A DNA stretch of 35,497 bases from Sphingomonadaceae bacterium (GTDB taxonomy: Bacteria > Chloroflexota > UBA6077), in NCBI GenBank assembly GCA_050261575.1, contig JBLNDL010000053.1, positions 1 through 35,497 on the forward strand, read 5' to 3'. Below the pieces are notes generated by a model. It did not search any database and was not told the DNA's origin. It worked only from the letters and a program-made list of their open reading frames with translations. The translations under genes were made by a program, and so were the position numbers. Positions 1-9,648 of this stretch are shown here, in pieces (position 1 is the stretch's first letter; each line of letters opens with the position of its first letter).

Positions 1-161
1 TGCGCCCCTACCGCGGGCGTCCCCCACGCGCATCACGCGTCCCCCCTGCGGGTGCGCGTACCTCGTGGGGCGGGGTGGCGGTTGGCATCGTGGTACGCGC
101 GAGCGTAAAGCCTGCGCCCGCATGCGCAGGGGCCGGCATTGGAGCGGGAGCGATGGTGCGC

Positions 162-1079
162 CTACACCCTCAGGTAGGAGTCGGCGTAGATCACCTCGTT
201 CCGCAGCACCCGCACCGTCTTCCAGATGTCCACCTGCTCCGGATCCCCCATGTCCACCAGGTCCTGGCTCAGTCCCTCTCCGGCGGCAGCCGCATCGGCC
301 AGGGCGCACATCAGCTTGCCGACCCCGGTGCTGGTGTCGCGGCTCTCGACTATCCTGATCGCCTCGCGCAGCTTCTCGTCCAATGGGTCCACGATGGCGG
401 CATCAAGCCCCACACCCAGCAACATGACCAGGAACACTCGGTTGATGAGCCCCCGATTCTCGCTCGGGGCCCCATTCGACACGTTGCTCAACCCCACCAC
501 AGTCTTCACGGGCGGGTCGGCCAGCCCCTTGAACAGCCGAATGGCCTCCAGGGTCACCATCACGCCGGGCTGGTCGGCCGACACCGGCAGGGTCAGCGGA
601 TCGAGGAACAGCCGGTCGGAGTTCACCCCGTACTCGGCAGCCGCGTTCACTAGCTCGAAGCCCAGCTCCGCCCGGCCGTCGGCGGTGTTGGGGATACCCT
701 GCTCCGTCATCGTCAGGGCGATGATCGGCGCCCTGTACTCCGCAGCCAAGGGCATCAGCCGCTCCAGCCTGGCCCTCTCGGCCGAGGTGGAGTTGATGAG
801 AGGGGTCCGCTTGCACAGCCTCAGCCCCGCCTCAATGGCGTCGGCGTTGGTAGTGTCGAGGGAAAGGGGCACGTCGATCGCCTCCTGCACCGCCGGCACC
901 AGCCACTGCACGATCTCGACACCCCGTTTCCGGGATGGCCCGATGTTCAGCTCGACGTAGTCCGCGCCGGCATCGGCCTGTCGCCTAGCTAGCGACTGGA
1001 AGAACTCCCTGTCTACCGCTTCGATGGCCGCCTTCACCTTCGGAGAAATGATGTGGATGTTCTCTCCGATGACCAGCAT
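162..1079 (-). CDS. acsE: Methyltetrahydrofolate:corrinoid iron-sulfur protein methyltransferase (pterin-binding TIM barrel)
   Basis: MLVIGENI N-terminus, LSLDTTN, LINSTS, LDP, GLSNVSNG and GLDAAIVDP motifs; last gene of the acs operon; ATG at 1079 preceded by GGAGGA. Confidence 0.9.
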   Translation of the reverse strand: MLVIGENIHIISPKVKAAIEAVDREFFQSLARRQADAGADYVELNIGPSRKRGVEIVQWLVPAVQEAIDVPLSLDTTNADAIEAGLRLCKRTPLINSTSAERARLERLMPLAAEYRAPIIALTMTEQGIPNTADGRAELGFELVNAAAEYGVNSDRLFLDPLTLPVSADQPGVMVTLEAIRLFKGLADPPVKTVVGLSNVSNGAPSENRGLINRVFLVMLLGVGLDAAIVDPLDEKLREAIRIVESRDTSTGVGKLMCALADAAAAGEGLSQDLVDMGDPEQVDIWKTVRVLRNEVIYADSYLRV

Positions 1080-1094
1080 TCCCGTTCCTCCCAC

Positions 1095-1865
1095 TTATTG
1101 CCTTTCGTCCAGCAGCTTGTCGAGGATCCTCCGAACCGCCACGTACGCGGCTGAGTCCTCTGGGAGCTCCACCAGCGGCCTCCCCTCCGCGTCGAAGGCC
1201 GCCACACTCGGATCCGACGGGACCGTTCCCACCAGCTCCACCCGCTGCCTGCGGATCTCCTCCAGTAGCTCTGGATTCAGTTGGCCGTGAACGCGGTTCA
1301 CCACCAGGCAAACCCTGCCCACACGGGTCCGCAACTCCTCCACCAGTCCCGCTATCCTGCCGGCCGCCACCAATCCACGCACGGTGGGGTCGGACACCAC
1401 CAGCAGGAAATCGATGTCTCTCGTGGTTCGCCTGCTCAGATGCTCCAGGCCGGCTTCGTTGTCGATCACCACCCAGCGGTAGCTTCCGGCGATCCGGTCG
1501 ACACACTCGCGCAGGACGTGGTTCGCGGCGCAGTAGCAGCCGGGCCCCTCCGGTCTCCCCATGGCAATCAGGTCCAGTCCCTGCCCCTCGACCAGCGCCT
1601 CGTTGATGCGATACTCCAGGTAGTCTCGTTTCGCCATCCCCGCCGGCATCGTCCCCGCCCCGACCTTCGAGGCCGTCTCCTCACGGACATCCCCTATCGT
1701 GGATTCCAACTCCAACCCGACGACGGCGTTCAGGTTGGCACTGGGGTCGGCATCGATGGCCAGGACCGGTCCGCCGCCCCGCCGCCGCAGTTCCCTGAGA
1801 ACCATGGCCGCCAGAGTGGTCTTGCCCGTACCCCCCTTGCCCGCCATGGCGATAGTGATGGTCAA
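1095..1865 (-). CDS. cooC: CooC/AcsF-type nickel-insertion ATPase (CODH maturation)
   Basis: GKGGTGKTT Walker A, IDADP, GPGCYC metal motif, DNEAGLEHLSR; lies inside the acs operon. Confidence 0.9.
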   Translation of the reverse strand: MTITIAMAGKGGTGKTTLAAMVLRELRRRGGGPVLAIDADPSANLNAVVGLELESTIGDVREETASKVGAGTMPAGMAKRDYLEYRINEALVEGQGLDLIAMGRPEGPGCYCAANHVLRECVDRIAGSYRWVVIDNEAGLEHLSRRTTRDIDFLLVVSDPTVRGLVAAGRIAGLVEELRTRVGRVCLVVNRVHGQLNPELLEEIRRQRVELVGTVPSDPSVAAFDAEGRPLVELPEDSAAYVAVRRILDKLLDERQ

Positions 1866-1886
1866 GCTGAATTCCCCTGTCTAGCA

Positions 1887-1970
1887 AGTGATGAGCAACA
1901 AGTTATGAGTGATGAGTCGCGAGCAACTGTGCACTCGCTACTCATCACTCTTCACTCATGACTCGTGACT
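1887..1970. repeat. Degenerate 7-nt tandem repeats arranged as an inverted pair (STRR-like)
   Basis: AGTGATG AGCAACA AGTTATG AGTGATG AGTCGCG AGCAACT, then ACTCGCT ACTCATC ACTCTTC ACTCATG ACTCGTG. Confidence 0.75.
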
Positions 1971-3322
1971 TAGTTCCGCGGAATGCTCTTCAGATAGCCC
2001 TGCAGGTCCACAGCTTCGCGAGGCCCGACCGCGACCTTCCAGCCCGGCAGCTCCTCCTCCAGCTCACCGGACAGGGTAGCCACCAGCCCGGGAAGGGTGA
2101 GCACCTTCCTCTCTACCTGGTCTTCGAGGCCGCTGCCCTTGATGGTCTTGGCGATGCTCTCGGCGCTGAACTTCCCTGCGGCCCAGGCCGTCAGGACCGA
2201 CAGCCCCTCGGCGTCCGCGATCACCAACCAGGTGGGCACGTTGCTCGTCTCCACCTCTCCCGCAACCGAGAAGTAGGTCAGGGAGAAGTTGGTGGTGATG
2301 AGCACCGGCGAGTTGGGCCCAGGTTCGTTGAACCTGTACACGCCGGGTGTCACCTGGATCGGCTTCTGCGGATCGGTGTAAATGTTCTGCCGGAGGGTCA
2401 GCAGGGGGTAGACAGTGCTGGGGCCGAAGTGGTCCAGCACCACCAATCCCGCGTACTTGGCGATGTGCTGGGCCGCCGCGATCGCCTCCTGCTCCACCGA
2501 CTCTGCACCCTCGCCCGGGAAGGCGATGGTGGGAAAGCCCAGAGGGCGGAAGTTCTTCTTGATGGCCAGCCTGCGGACCTGGGTTGCATGCGCCAGGGAA
2601 CCGGCGAGGTCCCGAGCGCCCGAATCCAGCACCAGGTCGTTCACCCCGGCCTTCACGAGTTGGTCCGCCAGGGTGGCCAGCTCCTGCAGGTCGCCCCTTG
2701 CGCGCACGGCCAGGGGACACTGGTACTTCTTGGACAGCGCCGCCATCGCCTCCCAGTTCTCGCGGTCGGCGGCGTAGATGAGCGGCCTGTCCCCAGCCCC
2801 TACCGAGAGGGCCGCCTCCATCGAAGTCGGGTTGCGCGACATCAGGATCAGCGGCTGCTGGGCGTTGGCCCTCACCGTCTCGACGCACTTGGCGAAGGGG
2901 CCGGGCTCACCAGAGGCGTTTTCCACGGCGATGAGATCCAGGGCGAGGCACATGCCCACCCTCTCCACAGCGTAGTCCCCCGCCTCCTTGACTGCGGCTG
3001 CCACCTCCTGCGCGGGCTGACTGTCCTTGACCCGAAACGCCAGACCCGGCTGATGGTAGAAGGTCTTATCGTGGCGGAAGAGCACGATCTCGTTGCCGAT
3101 CTCGACCTTGCGGTCCCCGGCACCGATAGTGACCAACCGTATGGGTGGGGCCGAGGCCGACTCGAGGGCGGCCTTCGACTCCTCGGAGACGTGAGGGCAG
3201 GCGCTCAGCTCGGCACCCTTGGCGGCCAGCTTCAACGCAAAGGCCAGGCAGGTGGGAAAGCCGCACTCCTTGCAGTTGGTCTTGGGGAGCAGCTTGTAGA
3301 TCTCGAGTCCGGTCAGTGCCAT
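1970..3322 (-). CDS. acsC: Corrinoid iron-sulfur protein large (gamma) subunit
   Basis: MALTGLEIYKLLPKTNCKECGFPTCLAFA Fe-S domain, LRQNIYTDPQKP, TTNFSLTYF, LTAWAAGKF, VGPREA. Confidence 0.96.
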   Translation of the reverse strand: MALTGLEIYKLLPKTNCKECGFPTCLAFALKLAAKGAELSACPHVSEESKAALESASAPPIRLVTIGAGDRKVEIGNEIVLFRHDKTFYHQPGLAFRVKDSQPAQEVAAAVKEAGDYAVERVGMCLALDLIAVENASGEPGPFAKCVETVRANAQQPLILMSRNPTSMEAALSVGAGDRPLIYAADRENWEAMAALSKKYQCPLAVRARGDLQELATLADQLVKAGVNDLVLDSGARDLAGSLAHATQVRRLAIKKNFRPLGFPTIAFPGEGAESVEQEAIAAAQHIAKYAGLVVLDHFGPSTVYPLLTLRQNIYTDPQKPIQVTPGVYRFNEPGPNSPVLITTNFSLTYFSVAGEVETSNVPTWLVIADAEGLSVLTAWAAGKFSAESIAKTIKGSGLEDQVERKVLTLPGLVATLSGELEEELPGWKVAVGPREAVDLQGYLKSIPRN

Positions 3323-3337
3323 CTCACTTCACCTCCC

Positions 3338-4306
3338 CTACGCCTTCATCAGCTTGTCGATGGCGAGCTTCACCTGCTCCACGGATCTCGGATGCCGCAG
3401 CACGAGGATGTCCGCACCCGCTTGCAGGAGGGTGGTGGCGGTCAGGATCTCCCACATGACCGATCGCCCCTCGATGTCACCCCATGCAGCCGGAAGACCC
3501 TCCAACGGCTTGGACTCCTTCTGCCGCCAGGACTCCTCCCCGACCGTGCAGATCATCGGAAACTGGGTCATGGGATCGTTCTGGAAGGCGCTCAGCCGAA
3601 GCCTTTCCATGACGGAGTAGGTGTACTCCAGCCCGTAACCGAGGGCGCCCGTCGTCGGATCCATCAGCAGCCGATCGGGTGGCAACCCCATTTCGGTCGC
3701 CAGGATGTTGCACTGCTTCGCCATGTTCACGTCGATGGGGGACTGGGCTATCACGACGTGGCCGCTGCCCAACGCCGCGGCCACTATCGTCCTGTAGTTG
3801 GTGTTCTCGATGTCACCGAGTGCGAGCCGTTCGCCGGCAGCCGCCTCGGCCACTTTGAGCATCACCTGGTTGTCCTTCTCGGCCTGGCCGGGGCCGTAGA
3901 CGATCAGCGGCACTCCGACCGCCTCGAGCACAGCCTTCACGGTCTCCGCCCCCTCCTCGGCCGATCGGTTCTTGTCGTCCGGGTGAGTGCTGGAAAGCTT
4001 CAGGCATACCAGCTCCGCACCAGCCTTCACCGCCGCCTTCGCCCATTCGGTGGGATCGTCCATCACGTCGCCCCACGCCGATTTGAGATGCGGCGGCCAG
4101 TCCGAAGGGTTCTGGTCGTGGATTTCGACGGCCACCGCAGTCCTGTGGGGCATCGGGGCATCGAAGTGCAGGTAGGGCAGAGCGCTCTCACCGCCCACCG
4201 TGACGGTGCTGGTCCGCGTGCCGCCCTCGGCGGCCGTGGCCCCCAACGTCACCTCTCGCACTCGCCCGGCCGCTGTCTCGGTCGGGATCTGGACCGTCAC
4301 TCCCAT
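3338..4306 (-). CDS. acsD: Corrinoid iron-sulfur protein small (delta) subunit
   Basis: SPIDVNMAKQ, MDPTTGALGYGLEYTYSVMERLRL, GADILVLRHP; GGAGG RBS. Confidence 0.96.
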   Translation of the reverse strand: MGVTVQIPTETAAGRVREVTLGATAAEGGTRTSTVTVGGESALPYLHFDAPMPHRTAVAVEIHDQNPSDWPPHLKSAWGDVMDDPTEWAKAAVKAGAELVCLKLSSTHPDDKNRSAEEGAETVKAVLEAVGVPLIVYGPGQAEKDNQVMLKVAEAAAGERLALGDIENTNYRTIVAAALGSGHVVIAQSPIDVNMAKQCNILATEMGLPPDRLLMDPTTGALGYGLEYTYSVMERLRLSAFQNDPMTQFPMICTVGEESWRQKESKPLEGLPAAWGDIEGRSVMWEILTATTLLQAGADILVLRHPRSVEQVKLAIDKLMKA

Positions 4307-4401
4307 AGTGCATAACCTCCCTCAAGTGGGCCAAACGCCACGCCGCACCGGCACGCACGCGCGTCCGGCAGGCGAGTCGCGGCCGATCGTGACCGCTAAG
4401 G

Positions 4402-4432
4402 GGGTGGGGACGCGGCGCTCGCGTCCCCACCC
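4402..4432. repeat. Perfect 13-bp stem-loop just after the acsB stop (REP-like or mRNA-stabilising hairpin)
   Basis: GGGTGGGGACGCG-gcgct-CGCGTCCCCACCC. Confidence 0.6.
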
Positions 4433-4434
4433 AT

Positions 4435-6618
4435 CTAGAAGATGGGATCCATCGTCAAGGCCGGATGCCCGTGCTCTTCCAGGAAGGGCAGCAGCTCCTC
4501 TACCGTCGTGGCCACCCGCTCGTCGGCGATTTTCTCGAGCAGGTCGGGCTCGCCGATCCGCTCGCACACTTCCTTGAGCTCTTCGGCCATCGACTCCTTC
4601 AGGTAGGAGGACATCCAGACGACCCGCTTGAAGCCCCCCTCTGCTTGGATGAACTTCTTGCTGGTCAGGTAGTACTTGCCCACTCCCATGAGGCCCGGAG
4701 TCTGGATGCCGCCGCCAGCGGTGCCCGCCAGCGTGGTGAAGGTCATCCCGGCGGGTGTCATGCTGGGGTCCTCCCGAGAGACCACCATGACTCCGTTGGC
4801 CTCTGGGATCACCATGATGATGCATTCGAAGCAGCCGCAGGAGGTCATGGACGCATCCATGAAGGAGTACATGGTGACCCGGGGCACCGTCTGGTTGGAC
4901 TTCTGGTAGACGAACTGGTTTATGGACTCCCACTCCCCCTTGATGGGATCTATGCAGAGCCCCTTCGGGACGGGTTGATTGGGGCCGACGGGGTTGATCT
5001 CGAAGGATGCCTTCGAGTCCAGCCAGTTCACCGAGCCGCACAGCCCCAGCCGCTCGGGAGAGACGATGCACACGTGGTTCGGGGCGAAGCTCTGGCAGAG
5101 GGTGCAACTGTAGAAGGTATCCACCGACTCGTCGGTCAAGTTGGCGACACGGATGTTCCGCTCGTGGTAGACCTGCCGAGCCGTCGCCAGCAGCTCCTCC
5201 ACCTTCTCCTCGGTCGTGTAGAGGTTGACCGCCACCTTGTCCACGATGGCGGGGAAGTCGCTCTTCAGCTTGGCGTACAGGATTTCGCCCAGGTGCTTGA
5301 TCCTGAAGCCCCGTTGGGCCGCGGCCGTGCTTATGCGGATCCACGCGATGTCCCGCTGGCCGATGTGCTGAACCCCCTCGGCGCCGTTCACGAAGTCGTG
5401 AATCTTCCGCTCCAGCACCGGCTCGAAATCCTTCTGCATCTTCCGGCCGGCCACATCCACCACGATCCCCAGGGGCAAGGCCCCGCCCTCGGGCACGTCG
5501 TCCAGCTCCGGGCCGTGGACGGTGATCTTGCCGTCCTCCACCTCGCTCATCTCACACATGCGGAGATACTCGAAGCAGGGTCCCCGACGGCCCCCGAATT
5601 CGATCCTGAGGTTCTCCTTGCGAACCCGCTCGCCCTCGAAGGCCGGCCCGTAGGCTACCGGGATCGGGATCTTGGTGATCACGATCTTCAGGCCGCGCAC
5701 CTCGATCGCCTTGGCCACGATCTCCTCACATGGGACGTTGCTGACCACGTGCTCGTAGGTCGTGACGCCGCGAGGCAGGATCTGCGGGATAGCGGTGTGG
5801 GCGATGGTGGGGAAGCCGTAGCTGATCGCGCCAGCCGCAGTGGCGTACTTCTCCCGATCCACGTGATCGAGGGCCAGTACGAAGGCGAAGATGCGGTACT
5901 TGTTGTAGCGCAGCATCCTCTTGTAGTCGCCGGGGGTCACGCCACCGAAGGAGAGCGCGGCCCGGGTGGCGAAGCCCAGGGAGTAGATGTGGGCCGACAC
6001 CTCCTTCCCGAATGGCACCAGCCGCGTCTCCCAGCCCAGTTGCACGCCCTCTTCGTTGAGCTGATCGGCGAAGGTACGGCCATTCGCGTCGCAGCCGGCG
6101 ATGAAGACGTAGAGGTTCTTCTCCTGCATCTCCCGGGCAAGCCGAACGGCCAGCTCGTTGGTGGGGGCAGGTCCCACCACCGCCGCGAAGCCCGGAGCCG
6201 TGCCATCTACGAACTCCACGCCCCGCTGCCGCATGATCACGTCGTCGGCCGCCCCCAGGTAGATCCCGTCCACCGGGTTGGGCCCGACGACGTACTTCAG
6301 GGCCTCGATCGTCTCCTGCGCGAACAGAGTTGCCACGCCGGCATCCAGGGTCTCCCCCAGGTATGGAAGCCACCGCCTGTCGGCGGGCACGGGGGGTAGC
6401 AGTTCCTTGGCCAGATCGATCACCGGCTCCAGATCGGAGAGCTTCGTCACCTTGCGGCCAGTGAAGCCGTAGATCACAGGCAGGAAGTAGCCGGTGTTGG
6501 GCAGCACCACCGGTTCGTTGGGACCCTTGGCGTCGATGGCCTCGTGCAGCTTGGCCTCGGCCCTGGCGACGAACCCATGCGCCCCCTCAATGGCAGCGGC
6601 AGCAATGATCCTAGACAC
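4435..6618 (-). CDS. acsB: Acetyl-CoA synthase, bacterial-type ACS subunit
   Basis: A-cluster motifs FYSCTLCQSFAPNHVC, PERLGLCG, TSCGCFEC; HIGQRDIAWIRI; start overlaps the cooS stop. Confidence 0.97.
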   Translation of the reverse strand: MSRIIAAAAIEGAHGFVARAEAKLHEAIDAKGPNEPVVLPNTGYFLPVIYGFTGRKVTKLSDLEPVIDLAKELLPPVPADRRWLPYLGETLDAGVATLFAQETIEALKYVVGPNPVDGIYLGAADDVIMRQRGVEFVDGTAPGFAAVVGPAPTNELAVRLAREMQEKNLYVFIAGCDANGRTFADQLNEEGVQLGWETRLVPFGKEVSAHIYSLGFATRAALSFGGVTPGDYKRMLRYNKYRIFAFVLALDHVDREKYATAAGAISYGFPTIAHTAIPQILPRGVTTYEHVVSNVPCEEIVAKAIEVRGLKIVITKIPIPVAYGPAFEGERVRKENLRIEFGGRRGPCFEYLRMCEMSEVEDGKITVHGPELDDVPEGGALPLGIVVDVAGRKMQKDFEPVLERKIHDFVNGAEGVQHIGQRDIAWIRISTAAAQRGFRIKHLGEILYAKLKSDFPAIVDKVAVNLYTTEEKVEELLATARQVYHERNIRVANLTDESVDTFYSCTLCQSFAPNHVCIVSPERLGLCGSVNWLDSKASFEINPVGPNQPVPKGLCIDPIKGEWESINQFVYQKSNQTVPRVTMYSFMDASMTSCGCFECIIMVIPEANGVMVVSREDPSMTPAGMTFTTLAGTAGGGIQTPGLMGVGKYYLTSKKFIQAEGGFKRVVWMSSYLKESMAEELKEVCERIGEPDLLEKIADERVATTVEELLPFLEEHGHPALTMDPIF

Positions 6619-8587
6619 GGAGATCCCTCCTCGCCTCCATATCGAAGAGCACGCGTTCCTTCTTCGTGTCGATTCCGAGAGCCCTTCTCTTCTTCTGAAT
6701 GTGGTCCACCGACTTCTCGTAGATCCTGGCCGGGTCGGACTCGAACTCCAGCTTGCCGCCGAACTTCTCCTCCCAACCGCTGGAAAGGAGATCCACCACG
6801 GCCTTGCTGGCCTTGACCGGCGACGTGACCCCGAACAGGACGTACGCCCCGCTCGCCGCGAAGTAGGTGCCGATGGCCAGCGCCTTCTCGCTCATCCACT
6901 CGGGGGCTATGCCCACCACCGGGAGGTCGCTGATGTCGTCGCCCAGACCGCCCTCCTCCACGACGGCTGTGAGGACGGTGAGGACGCGGGAGTTGTCCAC
7001 GCAGGAGCCCAGGTGCAGCACGGGAGGCATTCCGGTAGCCTCGCATATGGACCTGAGGCCGTCGCCCGCATACTCCATGGCCTCGCCCAGCAGCATCCCG
7101 TACTTGGCACTCGCCAGGGAGCCGCAGCCGGTCTGGACCACCAGGTAGTCGTTGGCGATGAACTCCTTGACGAGGTCGAGGTGAGCCTCGTCGTGGACCG
7201 TTCTGGGGTTGTTGCACCCCACGATCCCCACCGCCCCCTGAATGCGCCCATCGATGATGGCATCGTTCAGCGGGCGGAAGGATGCCCGGTAGCGGCCCCC
7301 CAACATGTACTCGATGTACTCGTGGGAGAACCCGGCCACGACGTCGGAGGTGTGATCGGGGATCCTCGGATTGCTGGTTCGATTGGGGTAGTTGTCGATG
7401 GCAGTGCGTATGATCAGCCTGGCAACAGCCAGCGCATCGTGTTCGTTGAACTGGATGTGGGTGGCGCCCTCGATCCTGGCCTTGGGCGAAGTGGTGATCA
7501 CCTTCGTGTGGAACCGCTGGGATAGAGGAACCAGCGCCTGCATCACGCACTGGATGTCCACCACCATGGCATCTACGACACCGGTCAGTATCGCGAGTTC
7601 CTGGTCCAGGAAGTTGCCCGCGGGTGGAACGCCGTGGCGCATCAGGATCTCGTTGGCGGTGCAGCAGATGCCCGCCAGGTTGATCCCCTGCGCCCCTTTC
7701 GACTTGGCGTAGGCGACCAACTCCGGATCCATGGCCGCCACCACGATCATCTCGGAAAGGGTGGGTTCGTGGCCGTGGACCACTACGTTGACTTCGTCTT
7801 CTTTCAGGACACCGAGGTTGACCCTGCTGAGGAGTGGTTTGGGGGTTCCAAAGAGGATGTCGGAAATGTCTGTGGCCAGCATACTGCCGCCCCACCCGTC
7901 GCCCAGGGCGGTTCGGACGGCCTGCGTCAGGATGTGGTCCGCCTCCTGATCCGCTCCCATGTGGGTGGCGTGCATGCTCTGGACGATCTCCCGGTCGATG
8001 CCCCGCGGCACCACCCCGAGTCGTCGCCATAGCTCCTGCCTCTTCTTGGGAGCCCTGGAGGCGTAGATCAGTTCGCCTGTCTGTTGGCCGAAGTTGGAGA
8101 GCGCCCTATTCGCCACGTCCTCGGCGATCTGCTCCGGGGTACGGCCCTCCACCGGTATGCCCATCAGCGCAGCCACCGACATCAGCTTGCGCACGTCCTT
8201 GATCCGGTAGCTGGGCGCCTCCCCCTTGGCTGCTGCCAGCAGGGTCATCGCCAGATCCCGGCCGTGGTCGGAGTGAGCTGCTGATCCGGCGGCCACAGCC
8301 CGGGACAGGTTCCGGGCCACGATGGTCGGGAGGGTAGCCCCACAAATGCCGGACATCGAGTCTGGGTCCTTGCCCACCAGGCGACATGGACCCATGTAGC
8401 ATACACGGCAGCACGCGCCATCCTGCCCGATCGGGCAGGGCTTCATCTGATCGACCCGGCTGAAGGCCGTGGAGTGCCCTTCCACCCCGGCGATCTCCAA
8501 CATCACCGCTGCGGCTGGATCGATGGTCTTGCCGCTCCCTTGTCCGGCCCTCCCAGACGGGGGAACGCTTGTGCCTAGATCACCCAT
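6611..8587 (-). CDS. cooS: Anaerobic Ni-Fe carbon monoxide dehydrogenase catalytic subunit (AcsA/CooS)
   Basis: CPIG..G.CCRVCYMGPC (D/B clusters), HSDHGRD, HGHEP, GICCTANE, GCNNP, TGCG, GSCVDN, EWMSEKA; ATG at 8587 after AAGGAG. Confidence 0.97.
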   Translation of the reverse strand: MGDLGTSVPPSGRAGQGSGKTIDPAAAVMLEIAGVEGHSTAFSRVDQMKPCPIGQDGACCRVCYMGPCRLVGKDPDSMSGICGATLPTIVARNLSRAVAAGSAAHSDHGRDLAMTLLAAAKGEAPSYRIKDVRKLMSVAALMGIPVEGRTPEQIAEDVANRALSNFGQQTGELIYASRAPKKRQELWRRLGVVPRGIDREIVQSMHATHMGADQEADHILTQAVRTALGDGWGGSMLATDISDILFGTPKPLLSRVNLGVLKEDEVNVVVHGHEPTLSEMIVVAAMDPELVAYAKSKGAQGINLAGICCTANEILMRHGVPPAGNFLDQELAILTGVVDAMVVDIQCVMQALVPLSQRFHTKVITTSPKARIEGATHIQFNEHDALAVARLIIRTAIDNYPNRTSNPRIPDHTSDVVAGFSHEYIEYMLGGRYRASFRPLNDAIIDGRIQGAVGIVGCNNPRTVHDEAHLDLVKEFIANDYLVVQTGCGSLASAKYGMLLGEAMEYAGDGLRSICEATGMPPVLHLGSCVDNSRVLTVLTAVVEEGGLGDDISDLPVVGIAPEWMSEKALAIGTYFAASGAYVLFGVTSPVKASKAVVDLLSSGWEEKFGGKLEFESDPARIYEKSVDHIQKKRRALGIDTKKERVLFDMEARRDLRV

Positions 8588-9146
8588 AATCGTCTCCTTC
8601 AACTAGCCCCCGCCTACTGCCGAGCGAAGACAGACTCCGGCTCGATGCGGGCAAAGTGAGGAAAACAGCGGAAAACGACGGTCATGAGACCTGTGAGGTC
8701 CCCAGTAATCGTCTCCATTGACGGATTGGGGTAATCTGAGTGGCCTCTTCGGTTGTGGGTTCTCTCCCGCGCCCCTCGTCCGCCGCCCACCATCGGGCAG
8801 CCGAGGGAGCTTCTACGCTACTCACCCCCCTTGGCAAGCAACACTCAACGTGGTCCGACCGCTTTGGACGGCCATCGCCCCAGCCTCGAACTCCGATCGA
8901 ACCGCCGTTGGCATAGGGCACTATGGTGCCAGCAAGCTGGGGTTAGACAGGTTCAGTATATGTTGGCTACCTACGATGTCAAGGCCGCAATTGTTCGGCG
9001 AGCCGGTTGGTGCTATCATCCAACGGTACGGGGCCTGCACGAGCGGCGCTGCTGGGCCCCTGCTGAGAAGAACCCACGGTCGCAGCCACATCCTCGGCGC
9101 TGTCGGCGAGGGGCTCGGCGGCCATCGCAGCAGGCCGGAGGATTGG

Positions 9147-9623
9147 ATGTCCTTCAAAGCTCGCCTCTGGGCAATGACGATTGTCTGTTTCGGCGCGTTC
9201 ACACTGTGGATCTTCGTGCACGACGAGGCGCTGCCCGGGCTGAGCGACCAAGCCTACCAGATACTCCTGGCCATCACGGTGTGGATCTTCGGCCTCGCAG
9301 GCACGGTGCTCATCAACAGGCTGCACCACCGAGCCGAGAAGCTTGCCGAGAGGGCGGCCCGGGACGACACCGTGATCCAGCTAGCTGGTGGCATCGCCCA
9401 CGAGTTGAATCAGCCCCTGACCATCATCATCAGCACCGCGGAACTGCTCAGCCGAAGGGACCCTACCAAGGACGATATCCGCCCCTATCTCCAGCAGTTG
9501 ATCCAGGCGTCGGAGCGAACGTCCGACATCGTGCACAAGCTGGAGAAGGTAACCAGCTACCGCAGCAAGCCCTACGTGGGCGGGGTTTCGATAGTCGATC
9601 TGGACGAACGAAGTGACGAGTAG
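9147..9623 (+). CDS. Small 2-TM protein with a HisKA phospho-acceptor domain and no ATPase domain
   Basis: GGAGGA RBS before ATG at 9147; two hydrophobic helices; LAGGIAHELNQPLTII H-box; ends about 70 aa later without N/G boxes. Confidence 0.75.
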   Translation: MSFKARLWAMTIVCFGAFTLWIFVHDEALPGLSDQAYQILLAITVWIFGLAGTVLINRLHHRAEKLAERAARDDTVIQLAGGIAHELNQPLTIIISTAELLSRRDPTKDDIRPYLQQLIQASERTSDIVHKLEKVTSYRSKPYVGGVSIVDLDERSDE

Positions 9624-9648
9624 GGCAGGGGACAAGTCCCCGCCTTAC
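9620..9648. terminator. Hairpin between convergent genes (GTAG-type palindrome)
   Basis: GTAGGGCAGGGGAC-AA-GTCCCCGCCTTAC spans both stop codons. Confidence 0.45.

Noticed and set aside
1958..6399. Long + strand ORFs (1958-4315, 785 aa; 4465-6399, 644 aa) and similar antisense ORFs elsewhere, e.g. 22599-23819, 25348-26739 and 32796-34388
   Set aside because: Antisense shadows of well-conserved genes, expected in high-GC DNA; no recognisable domains.
8603..9146. Cobalamin, THF or NiCo riboswitch, or a sigma54 promoter, upstream of cooS
   Set aside because: No recognisable aptamer consensus, and the TGGCAC..GC candidate near 8917-8931 has 9-nt rather than 10-nt spacing. An Infernal/Rfam scan would settle it.
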